Positions 56,386-64,000 of a stretch of DNA of 64,000 nt are shown here, one piece after another; within the stretch, counting starts at the first letter, position 1, and the number at the start of each line of letters is the position of its first letter. Location of the stretch: NCBI GenBank assembly GCA_016209605.1, contig JACQVS010000106.1, positions 74,274-138,273 of the forward strand, written 5' to 3'. A program made the position numbers and the translations under genes. The DNA comes from Planctomycetota bacterium. Lineage in GTDB: Bacteria > Planctomycetota > UBA8108 > JACQVS01. The notes beneath the pieces were generated by a model, which saw only the letters and a program-made list of their open reading frames with translations, did no database searches and was not told where the DNA came from.

Positions 56386-59172
56386 TTATATCCCGTCCGA
56401 CTGCGAAGGTCGAACGATCGTAGCCGGACGATCGAGCCGATACTGGTAGTCAGGCCACAGCGGACAGTTGAGATCGATCCAGCACTTGACGCGGTGCGTT
56501 TCATCGCGGCTGAGCTGGACATCGTGGTGGCCCGCATCGAGGAGGTGCCACAGCCTGCTGCGGACGGTGCCGAACGTGAGCGGCTCGGCTTTCGCGTGCT
56601 CGCGGCCCCACGTCATGTCGAAGTAGTGCACCCAGCCTTTGGAGATCAACGTGCGATACGAAGCGGGCACACGATGGGCGTCGAGCGCGCCGCTCAGGTC
56701 GATGCCGTTCTTGTATGCTGCATCGTGGCAGCTGACACAGCGAGCATCCCATACCGGTTGCACGACCTTTTCATAGGAGAACGGTTCCGCGCCCCACGAA
56801 GGCGGCTCCAATCCGCGTGGCGCGTGCCGCAGCGCGAGCGTCGCGTGGTTGGACGCGGCAGAAGAGCGCTGCTCGTGACAGCCGATGCAGCTCCGCCGTT
56901 CGCCTGGTTGCAATTGAACGACGCTGCGCATCCGTTGTATCTCGTTCAGATTCTCGTCCAGTAGCTGAAAAAACAGCACCTTGCCGGCCGGCGCGTGGAA
57001 ACTGACCGAGCCGTCCTCTTCGACCGGCACGATGCCGAGCGATGCCTTCGCAACGTAACCGGGCCAACCGTGCGGGCCGTTCACCAGGTGGATCGGGGTC
57101 GCGTAGTAGTCTTGAAACGGCGGGTGGTCGCTCTGGTACTCGCCGCTCGGCAGCCGCACTAGATCGGCTCGCACTTCCTGGCACACACGGAGGTATTTGA
57201 TGGCGCCGCGCTTCACGACCGGTTCCAGCCCGTGGTAGATGTCCTGGACAATGAACTGGCCCAGTTCGGCTCCGGCGGACTCCGCCTGGGCCTCAGGGAG
57301 CACCGGCGGCGCCGGCATCGGCCGCAGCGGCGCCGGCGACATGCTGCCAATCGATGGGTCGAGATACAGGAGCTCGCGGTTCCCGAACCGGTCGATCACG
57401 TACAGCCCGAACCGGTCCCGCGGGGCATGGCTGACGAGGAAATAATCGCGGGCGATCGGGACCGGGTCGCGAAAGCACTCTTTCTGGGCCCAGCTCATGT
57501 GGTAGTGCGGCCGCACGTCCGGCGTGATGTTCGTGATGGCCTTCGAGTTGAACCGGCCCTGGTTTGGGTCGATCAGCGCGATGGGTCCGTTCAGGTCGCC
57601 GCCGTGGGAGATCAACGTGCAGCACAGTTCGCTCGTGCCCGGCACTTCACGGCCGTTGACGTAGCAGTTGAGCGTGTTGTTGCCGAACAGCAGTTCGGGG
57701 TGTGTGCCGTCGGGCCGAATAGCCCAGAGCGTGTGGCCGAAGTCGGCCCCTTTGTCGAGGTACTCCGACCGCGTCCAGAGGATGCGGCCGTCGCGCATGA
57801 CGGACGGCGCCCATTCGCTCAGGTTCGCGTACGACAGCGGCCGGATGTTCTCACCGTCGGCGTCCATGCGGAACAGCACGAACGCCTGCGGCCGCCAACA
57901 CAGAAACCGAGCCTTGCAACGCGTCGAGATGAACGCGACGCCACCGTCCGGGAGCGGGCATGGATAGTAGTCGTGAAACGGGCCGTCGGTGAGCTGCCGC
58001 AGGCTTCCCCCGTTGGCGTCGGCCACCATGACGTGGAAGTAGTCTTTTTCCGACGGCCGGTAGCCGAAGTAGACGCGCGTCGCGTCAAACGTGGCCATCG
58101 GATCGCGGGCCACGCCGCCTCCCGCATCGAACAGTTGCGAGAGCTTCGCCTCGCTCGGCTCGAACCGGCCGTTTCGTCGCGGTATGTCCAACACGACAAT
58201 CCCGCCGCCCGGCCGGTATTTCGCATCGAGGATGTCGCTGTAGTTGTGCGACGGCTCGTACGGATGCCGCTTCACGAACAGGATGCTCGAGATCGCCGCC
58301 AGATCGGGATCGCGCCAGAAGAGTTGCCGCTTGGCCAGGCGGACGTCGAAGTACAGAGCCACATCATATTCGGCATCTCGCGCCGGCGCCGCGGCCGCCT
58401 GCCGGCGCCGCAACTCGGCCAACTGGTTCCGTTCGGCCAAGACGTCGAGCCCCTTCGCCGCCAGTCGGTCGAGCATCGTCTCGAACTGCCGCAGCACGCG
58501 GGTCACGGGATCCGATGGATCAACACGCGACCACGTCGCTTGCTCGCAGAGAAACGCGTACCGAAGCAGCCCGTCCCAGGTGACCGGCTCCGGCAGCGGG
58601 GCGCCGGTTCCGATTTTCCGGACCGTCTTCCACGTCTTCCCGTCGAGCGAGGTCTGGATTTCAAACTCAACCGGAACGCGGTCCGCAAAGCGCCCCTCGC
58701 GGTCGCGTGAGAAAACGACCCGAGCCACTTCAGCCGGCTGCGGCAGCTCGATCTGGGCCCATTCTCCCGACGTGCCCGCGGCAATCCAACTGTGGTTGTT
58801 CCCATACAGCCCATCGTTCAGGTGGGCAATCTGGTGGATCGCATAGCCGGGCAAGCACGACGACGCGCTCGCCAGCGCGCCGCTTGCCGGCGCAGCGAGA
58901 TTTCGTCCGCCACCCGGCCCGAAGATTTCCAGCTCATCGATGCACGGCTCGCTCTGCGAGCTTTCCAGGACCACGAACCGGATGAAGCGGGCCTGCGTGG
59001 GTGGAAACGTGAGCACGTTTTGCTTGTCGGCCGAGATCGCAAGCGGCAGGCCCTCACCCGCCGCTGCCTCCGCCGGCTGCCAAACATCCAGTCCGGCAAG
59101 CCCGGCGATGGTCGCTGCCGCTGCCGCCAAGCCAAGCAACATCCGTCCTCGAGCACCGGTCTTCGCGTTCAT
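56386..59172 (-). CDS. Secreted protein: two discoidin-like modules + beta-propeller-like region + C-terminal domain with two CXXCH motifs
   Basis: I place the start at ATG 59172 (MNAKTGARGRMLLGLAAAAATIAGLAG). The second module shares the HLNDGLYGNNHSWIA motif with proteins A and B. CIGCH is encoded near 56876-56890 and CVSCH near 56722-56739. The overall make-up resembles planctomycete proteins annotated as hydrazine-synthase-alpha-like. This is tentative. Confidence 0.75.
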   Translation of the reverse strand: MNAKTGARGRMLLGLAAAAATIAGLAGLDVWQPAEAAAGEGLPLAISADKQNVLTFPPTQARFIRFVVLESSQSEPCIDELEIFGPGGGRNLAAPASGALASASSCLPGYAIHQIAHLNDGLYGNNHSWIAAGTSGEWAQIELPQPAEVARVVFSRDREGRFADRVPVEFEIQTSLDGKTWKTVRKIGTGAPLPEPVTWDGLLRYAFLCEQATWSRVDPSDPVTRVLRQFETMLDRLAAKGLDVLAERNQLAELRRRQAAAAPARDAEYDVALYFDVRLAKRQLFWRDPDLAAISSILFVKRHPYEPSHNYSDILDAKYRPGGGIVVLDIPRRNGRFEPSEAKLSQLFDAGGGVARDPMATFDATRVYFGYRPSEKDYFHVMVADANGGSLRQLTDGPFHDYYPCPLPDGGVAFISTRCKARFLCWRPQAFVLFRMDADGENIRPLSYANLSEWAPSVMRDGRILWTRSEYLDKGADFGHTLWAIRPDGTHPELLFGNNTLNCYVNGREVPGTSELCCTLISHGGDLNGPIALIDPNQGRFNSKAITNITPDVRPHYHMSWAQKECFRDPVPIARDYFLVSHAPRDRFGLYVIDRFGNRELLYLDPSIGSMSPAPLRPMPAPPVLPEAQAESAGAELGQFIVQDIYHGLEPVVKRGAIKYLRVCQEVRADLVRLPSGEYQSDHPPFQDYYATPIHLVNGPHGWPGYVAKASLGIVPVEEDGSVSFHAPAGKVLFFQLLDENLNEIQRMRSVVQLQPGERRSCIGCHEQRSSAASNHATLALRHAPRGLEPPSWGAEPFSYEKVVQPVWDARCVSCHDAAYKNGIDLSGALDAHRVPASYRTLISKGWVHYFDMTWGREHAKAEPLTFGTVRSRLWHLLDAGHHDVQLSRDETHRVKCWIDLNCPLWPDYQYRLDRPATIVRPSQSDGI

Positions 59173-59238
59173 GAGAGGTCGCCTCGCGCACAAATTCCAC
59201 CCCGAAGCACCCAAAAAGGTTGAAAAACGAATAAATGG

Positions 59239-59268
59239 ATTATGCCCCATCCCCATGAGACCCGTCAA
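59239..59268 (-). promoter_or_regulatory. Sigma-70-like promoter candidate for the discoidin/CXXCH gene and downstream exoprotein genes
   Basis: The minus strand reads TTGACG (59268-59263), N18, CATAAT (59244-59239), about 65 nt upstream of the ATG at 59172. Confidence 0.3.
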
Positions 59269-59294
59269 CAGGCACGCCGCTTCGAACTGAAATT

Positions 59295-62249
59295 TTATTT
59301 ATTCTTCTTCAAGAGCTCGATCCGCGCCCGCGCCCAGGTGGGATCGAGCGGGCCGGTAAGGCGCAGATCCTCGAGGGCGCACTGCGGGTCCAGGCGCACG
59401 GCGATCCGCCCGAAGGGGCCGGGCGAGGCGGCGAGCGGGGCCTCCACGGCCACCCGCCCCGCCAGCTCCACCCGGACCCCGATGCCGCGAAACTCGATCC
59501 GGAAGGCGCCCGGCGGGCCGCTTCCATCCGATGCGTAAAAAGCCCTCTCGCCGCCGCTCCCCTCTTCAAAGACCGAGAAACCGGCCGCCGCGGCCGCCCC
59601 CAGGCCGATGCAGAGCCGGTCGAAGGCGAAGATCAGCCGCCCCTTGCGGCCGCGGGCTTTCGAAGGCTTGGCGGGCGCCGCCGGGGCGGACCAGCTCCCT
59701 TCCACCGTGACCGGCAGGCGGAAGATCGCCACCGTGTCCAGGGCCTCGTTCAAGTCGTTGCCTGAATGGAGCAGGCGCCCCTCCTGAACCGCCCAGCGCC
59801 TGGGGTGGAAGCGGAAGTCGCTCAATTCCGCGCTCGACTCGAAGGGATAATCGAGCCGGATGGCGGCGGAGGCGAGCGGCTCCGCCGCGGCCGCTCTTCC
59901 CGCGAAAAACCGGGTGGTGATCCATAAAAGATCGCGGGCTCGGTCACGCCGCTCCGCCCAGACCTCCGGATCGCGCCGCAGGGATGGCGGCAAGCGAGCG
60001 CCGCCGAGCAAATCCTCGTATGCCTGGAAAGCCTCCTCCCAGCGCCCGGCCGAGAGGACCTTGGCGGCCTCGCGCGCTTGCGCCGCCGCTTCCAAAGCCT
60101 CCTCGAAGGCGCCCCTCGCTCCGGGCGGATCGCCCCCCTCGGCAGGAGGGGCCGCCGGCGCGCTCAAGAGAGCGCGGACCTCCCCCGGCACCTCCTCCGG
60201 AAAGGCGGTGAAGATCCTCTGCGCCAGGTCGAGGCGGCGGTGCGCCAGGGCCCAACCGGCCCCCTGGCTCGCGAGCCGGGAGTCTTCGCCGGAGAGGGCC
60301 CCCCACGCCAGCACCGTCACGGGATGGAGGTCCGCGATCGCGAAACGCTTTCCAGTCCCGGCCTCGATCAGGGAAACCCCCTCGAAATCACGCTCGACCT
60401 GAACGGACACGGGGCCGCGCTCGCCGCCGGCCCTCAAGAAGACCTCGAGCCGCCGGCCGGTTCCCAGATCCTTGAGACGTGAGGAGAGCCGCCCCCATAC
60501 TTCCTTCTCCGCCCCCTGAACCCATTCCGATCCGGCCGCTGAAAGCTGGCCCAGGGAAAACTGGATCAGCGCGGCTGCCTCGGGAGGAAGCGGTCCCTGA
60601 ATGTTCTCGAGCGGAAAGAACGACCCGAGCCGCGGCAGCGCCCTGGCCAGAGCGGTCCAGGCCCCGGCCAGCAGGGCTCGCGCGGAGTCCCGGCCACGCC
60701 CCGACATTGCGGCCAGAGCCTGCCGCACCGGGTCGGGATCGAGCCCGGGCGGCCGCGCCAAGGCCGAGGAGGCCTCGCCGCTTCCGGCCGGCCGCGCTGC
60801 CTTCGGACTCGCCGCCGACGGCGCTTCCGGAAGGTCGGGCAGCGGCCGCGCCGGCTTGAAGAGCAGCAGCCCCGCCCCCAGAGCCAATGCCAGCCCCAGG
60901 CCCGCGGCCGCAAAGAGCCCGTCCCGAAAGTCGCTCCGAGGCCCGCGACCACCCGGCTTGCGCCGGGCGGTGCCCGGCGAGAAGGCGCCAGACAAGGCGG
61001 GCCGACGTAGCCTTATTAACCGGAGAAATAAGGCGAGGAGGCCCAACGCCGTATGGCGCCTTCGCAGCCGGCCCCAGTTCTGTTGCAGAGTGGCCGGATG
61101 GATTTTTGGGACGGGCTCTGACCACTGCCGGCGGGCTCGGAGCGGCGGCGCCGGCGCACGCACTGCCGCCGGCCCCGGTGCCGGAGGGCCTTCCCCGGCG
61201 ATCCTCTTATCGCCGCCCGCCAGCGTCTTCAACGCGTAGACCAGCTCCCTAGCCGAAGCGGGGCGATCCTCGGGATTTTTTCGGAGGAGGCGCAGGAGCA
61301 GCGCTTCCATGGGGGGAGGGATCTCCGGTTTCAGCCGGCTGGGCGGCAGAGGCTCCTCTTCGAGGTGGGAGCGGGCGATCTCCTGCGGCGGGCCTTGATC
61401 GAAAGGGGGGCGGCCGGTGAGAGCGTGATACCACGTCGCCCCCAGCGAGTAGAGGTCGCTGCGCGCGGCCAACTCCCCGCGCCTCGCCTCGCCGCGGATC
61501 TGCTCGGGGGACATGTACTGCGGCGTTCCGAATACCAGGCCGTCTGGCGTGCCGCATTCCGGGGCCTGCCGGTCCTCCCCGGTCCAGAAAAGCCCCAGGT
61601 CGGCGAGCTTCACGGCGCCATCGGGAGCGAGCAGGATGTTGGCCGGCTTGACATCGCGGTGGACCAGCCCGGCGGCGTGAATGGCTTCCAGGCCGCGGGC
61701 GACGGGGATCAGCACCTCGAGGGACTCGAGCGGCGCCAAGGGCCCCTTCCTATTGAGCAGCTCTTGCAAGTTCTCGCCCGGAACCATCTCCATGGCGATG
61801 TAGTAAAAAAGGCCGTCCCGGCCCGCATCGTAAGCCTGAACGACGTTGGGATGGTTGATCCGGGCGAGGACCTGCGCCTCCCGCAGGAAACGCTCCGCCA
61901 GCCCCGACTCCTTTTCAAGCCTGGGAAAGAGGACCTTGATGGCGACGCGGCGGCCGAGGCGCCGGTGCCGGCCTTCGAAGACCATGCCGGTCCCGCCCGC
62001 GCCGATGCGCCGCACGATCACGTAATCGCCGATGCGGGCCTGCCGGGTGAAGCGGCTGAGCAAACGCCGTAGCACCCGCAGCCGTTCCTCGTCCAACTGT
62101 TTTGATTCCCGGAAGAGGTCTTCGACCGTCTTCTCGACCCCCAGGGCTTCCAGCTCCTCGACTCGCTGGAGGACCTGCTGGTAAACCGCGGGCGAGATCC
62201 AGCCTCGCGACAAGGCCAGGCGGGCGAACAGGGCGTTGGCGGCATCCAT
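59295..62249 (-). CDS. Transmembrane Hanks-type Ser/Thr kinase with a large extracytoplasmic C-terminal region (possible concanavalin/LamG-like end)
   Basis: Kinase: [39 protein letters not shown]: [21 protein letters not shown]. About 480 aa lie outside the membrane. I use ATG 62249; the ORF-track start at 62315 is a TTG forming a TTGA overlap with the upstream stop. Confidence 0.85.
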   Translation of the reverse strand: MDAANALFARLALSRGWISPAVYQQVLQRVEELEALGVEKTVEDLFRESKQLDEERLRVLRRLLSRFTRQARIGDYVIVRRIGAGGTGMVFEGRHRRLGRRVAIKVLFPRLEKESGLAERFLREAQVLARINHPNVVQAYDAGRDGLFYYIAMEMVPGENLQELLNRKGPLAPLESLEVLIPVARGLEAIHAAGLVHRDVKPANILLAPDGAVKLADLGLFWTGEDRQAPECGTPDGLVFGTPQYMSPEQIRGEARRGELAARSDLYSLGATWYHALTGRPPFDQGPPQEIARSHLEEEPLPPSRLKPEIPPPMEALLLRLLRKNPEDRPASARELVYALKTLAGGDKRIAGEGPPAPGPAAVRAPAPPLRARRQWSEPVPKIHPATLQQNWGRLRRRHTALGLLALFLRLIRLRRPALSGAFSPGTARRKPGGRGPRSDFRDGLFAAAGLGLALALGAGLLLFKPARPLPDLPEAPSAASPKAARPAGSGEASSALARPPGLDPDPVRQALAAMSGRGRDSARALLAGAWTALARALPRLGSFFPLENIQGPLPPEAAALIQFSLGQLSAAGSEWVQGAEKEVWGRLSSRLKDLGTGRRLEVFLRAGGERGPVSVQVERDFEGVSLIEAGTGKRFAIADLHPVTVLAWGALSGEDSRLASQGAGWALAHRRLDLAQRIFTAFPEEVPGEVRALLSAPAAPPAEGGDPPGARGAFEEALEAAAQAREAAKVLSAGRWEEAFQAYEDLLGGARLPPSLRRDPEVWAERRDRARDLLWITTRFFAGRAAAAEPLASAAIRLDYPFESSAELSDFRFHPRRWAVQEGRLLHSGNDLNEALDTVAIFRLPVTVEGSWSAPAAPAKPSKARGRKGRLIFAFDRLCIGLGAAAAAGFSVFEEGSGGERAFYASDGSGPPGAFRIEFRGIGVRVELAGRVAVEAPLAASPGPFGRIAVRLDPQCALEDLRLTGPLDPTWARARIELLKKNK

Positions 62250-62311
62250 GGCGTCAGGGCGACCGCGCCCGCCAGGCTGGACCCGCGGGCGGCCAGCCCG
62301 GCTCCGGCCGG

Positions 62312-62797
62312 TCAAAGATTGAGGGGGCTTTCCTTTTTGAGTTCCGTGAGCTGGTTTTGAATTTCCTCGAGTCGTTGCCTCGAGCGCTGCTCGAGAACCC
62401 TGGCGTCGGCGGGGAGGCCGGGATTCTTGCGGACGTGCAGCAAGATCTCCTCGTAGCCCGCCCTGCTCCTTTCCAGGCTGTACTTGGCCCAGCGGGCCCA
62501 GTCGATGCGGGTGAGGGAGCTTCCCTCGGCTCGCCAGCGCTTGAGGTAAAAGAGGGCGCTGTCTTCATAGACGGTGTTGGCGAGCCGAAAGATCTCCTCC
62601 ACATCCTGAAGGGTGATGGGGACGCTCGCCACCTGCGGCTTCTCGGCGAACTCCGGCTCCACCGAGGGATTGAGCGGGTAGCCGATGCTGGCCAGGATGA
62701 TGACCATCCCAACGGGAATCAGGACGGCGAGGAGGAGCCCCGCCAAGAGGTCGGCCACATCGATTTCCCCCCGCTGGCCTCGGCGCCGGCAACGCAT
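62312..62797 (-). CDS. Small single-pass membrane protein (161 aa), unknown function
   Basis: N-terminal TM (LLAGLLLAVLIPVGMVIILASIG) and a helical soluble part. The ATG lies 1 nt after the upstream stop (TGAcATG). No family recognised. Confidence 0.5.
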   Translation of the reverse strand: MRCRRRGQRGEIDVADLLAGLLLAVLIPVGMVIILASIGYPLNPSVEPEFAEKPQVASVPITLQDVEEIFRLANTVYEDSALFYLKRWRAEGSSLTRIDWARWAKYSLERSRAGYEEILLHVRKNPGLPADARVLEQRSRQRLEEIQNQLTELKKESPLNL

Positions 62798-62798
62798 G

Positions 62799-63281
62799 TC
62801 AAAATTCCATCCTCTTGATCAGATCGAGGCGCAGCTGGCCGGCGCGGGCCTTGTAATCCGAGTATCCGCGCAGGTCTTCCCGCAGCTCCCCATCCGCCGT
62901 GCGAAAAGGGCCGAGGACTTTTTCAAAATCATCCAGCCAGGCCTCCCATTTGCCGACCATGGCCTTGGCCTGAGTCTTGAACTGCGGTTTCTCCGGCTCG
63001 ATGGCCATGACTTTTTGATGCTCGGTCTGAAGCTGCTGAAAGCGCTTGTTGATTAAGCCGTCGATGTCAAGGTTGGGGTCCAGGCTCGCCGACGTGCCGG
63101 CCTGCTCGCTTTCGGAGGAGCGAGTCTTGACGAGGCGGTAGACCGAAAGCGCCGCGATGCAGACCAGGGGAATCATGATCAGCGAGAAGGTGACCGGCGA
63201 CATCTTGCCGGCAGGCCGGCGGTTCGGGGCGGAAGCGGGACGCCCTCTCGATCCCAGTTTCCGGGGAGGGTTTGGAGGCAT
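62799..63281 (-). CDS. Small single-pass membrane protein (160 aa, or 134 aa from ATG 63203), unknown function
   Basis: TM (VTFSLIMIPLVCIAALSVYRLV) followed by a charged helical region. First gene after the manA-like gene. Confidence 0.5.
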   Translation of the reverse strand: MPPNPPRKLGSRGRPASAPNRRPAGKMSPVTFSLIMIPLVCIAALSVYRLVKTRSSESEQAGTSASLDPNLDIDGLINKRFQQLQTEHQKVMAIEPEKPQFKTQAKAMVGKWEAWLDDFEKVLGPFRTADGELREDLRGYSDYKARAGQLRLDLIKRMEF

Positions 63282-63332
63282 AAAATGTGATCCAGTAAAC
63301 CTGATAAACGTGAAGCAAGACAGTTTTGAACC

Positions 63333-63341
63333 AGAGGACTA
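63333..63341 (-). promoter_or_regulatory. Extended -10 promoter candidate (TGATATAAT) for the small-membrane-protein / kinase transcription unit
   Basis: The minus strand reads TGATATAAT, a perfect TGnTATAAT, abutting the manA-like stop codon and about 50 nt upstream of the ATG at 63281. Confidence 0.3.
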
Positions 63342-64000
63342 TTATATCACTGCCGGGAGCACCCACAAGCCGGAGAAGGCGGCGCCGCCCGAGGCCAGCT
63401 TCAGCCGCTCCAGGGCCGCCGGGATGAGCAGGAAATCGCCTTTGGACACTTGATCCGCGCCGATCTTCGCCTCTCCCTCGAGGCCGATGAGCACGGCGAA
63501 GGAGCGCTTGCCGGCCTGAACCGTCTTGAGGTCGGGAAGCCGGTCTCCAGGAGGCAAGTAGAGGGCATCGATCGTGAAGGTCTCGCTCCGCACCACGTTC
63601 CAGCGAGAGGCCGCCTGGGTCTCCAGCGGCAGCCAGCGAGGGTAAACCGGGGGAGCGCCGATCGCCGGGAGGGGGATCTGGCGCGCCTGCTCGAGGTGCA
63701 AGGGCCGTGGCCGGCCCCAGTCGAAGATGCGGTAGGTGAGGTCGGAGCTTTGCTGGACCTCGACCAGCACGATCCCCGATCCGATGGTGTGAACGGTCCC
63801 CGCGGGCAGGAAGACCACGTCGCCGCGCTCGACGGCGCGCCACTGGAAAAAACGGCTGAGCGGCGCCTCCCGCGAGGGTCGCAGCTCGCAGGCCTTGATG
63901 GCCTCGACGCCCCGGTAAAACTCCTCCCGGCTCAAGCCGGGGGCGAGGCCGTGAACGATCTTGGCCCCGGGCTCGGCGTGCAGGACCGCCCAGGCCTCGG
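63342..64000 (-). CDS. Class I mannose-6-phosphate isomerase-like cupin protein, C-terminal part. The gene runs off the window end.
   Basis: VVFLPAGTVHTIGSGIVLVEVQQSSDLTYRIFDWGR is the type-I PMI metal/active-site motif. The frame stays open to position 64000 (...AWAVLHAEPGAKIVHGLAPGLSREEF...). The M in the ORF track is a TTG. Confidence 0.75.
   Translation of the reverse strand, partial: EAWAVLHAEPGAKIVHGLAPGLSREEFYRGVEAIKACELRPSREAPLSRFFQWRAVERGDVVFLPAGTVHTIGSGIVLVEVQQSSDLTYRIFDWGRPRPLHLEQARQIPLPAIGAPPVYPRWLPLETQAASRWNVVRSETFTIDALYLPPGDRLPDLKTVQAGKRSFAVLIGLEGEAKIGADQVSKGDFLLIPAALERLKLASGGAAFSGLWVLPAVI

Noticed and set aside
63067-63843. 258-aa minus-strand ORF overlapping the manA-like gene and the first small membrane-protein gene.
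   Set aside because: It is Arg/Pro/Gly-rich and out of frame with two better-supported genes, so it is a high-GC artefact.

Overview
High-GC bacterial chromosomal segment in three parts. I saw no rRNA, tRNA, CRISPR array, transposase or integrase. All domain calls come from reading the supplied translations and raw DNA by eye; no searches were run.

(1) 1-22.1 kb is one long minus-strand flagellar cluster: flgB-flgC-fliE-fliF-fliG-fliH-fliI-fliJ-(ylxF/MotE-like)-fliK-flgD-flgE-flbD-fliN-fliO-fliP-fliQ-fliR-flhB-flhA. flhA is cut by the window start. Upstream sits a cytoplasmic histidine kinase plus NtrC-type sigma-54 activator pair, and a good sigma-54 (-24/-12) promoter lies in front of flgB.

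(2) 22.5-40.6 kb is a mixed region:
- a FlgN-like gene coupled to a 924-aa Sec-signal protein
- a dockerin-bearing S8 subtilase
- a MerR-like gene plus a 1369-aa membrane-anchored helical-repeat protein
- rnpA-yidD, without rpmH or yidC
- a LolC/E-LolD-like ABC pair
- an FHA-GAF-degenerate HD-GYP protein
- a displaced motA-motB-fliL block

(3) 40.8-63.3 kb is a co-directional minus-strand locus that looks like the most novel content:
- a 1495-aa Hanks kinase-NTPase-TPR-GAF protein
- an LTD-CotH-LTD-dockerin exoprotein
- two tandem paralogous giant exoproteins, built from 6 and 5 copies of a roughly 170-180-aa module that occurs in two alternating subtypes, each ending in the same dockerin-like plus Cys-tail unit
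- a discoidin-like / beta-propeller-like protein with two CXXCH motifs
- a transmembrane Hanks kinase preceded by two small membrane proteins

The window ends inside a class-I mannose-6-phosphate-isomerase-like gene. The domain repertoire suggests a Planctomycetota/Verrucomicrobiota-like organism, but that is inference only.
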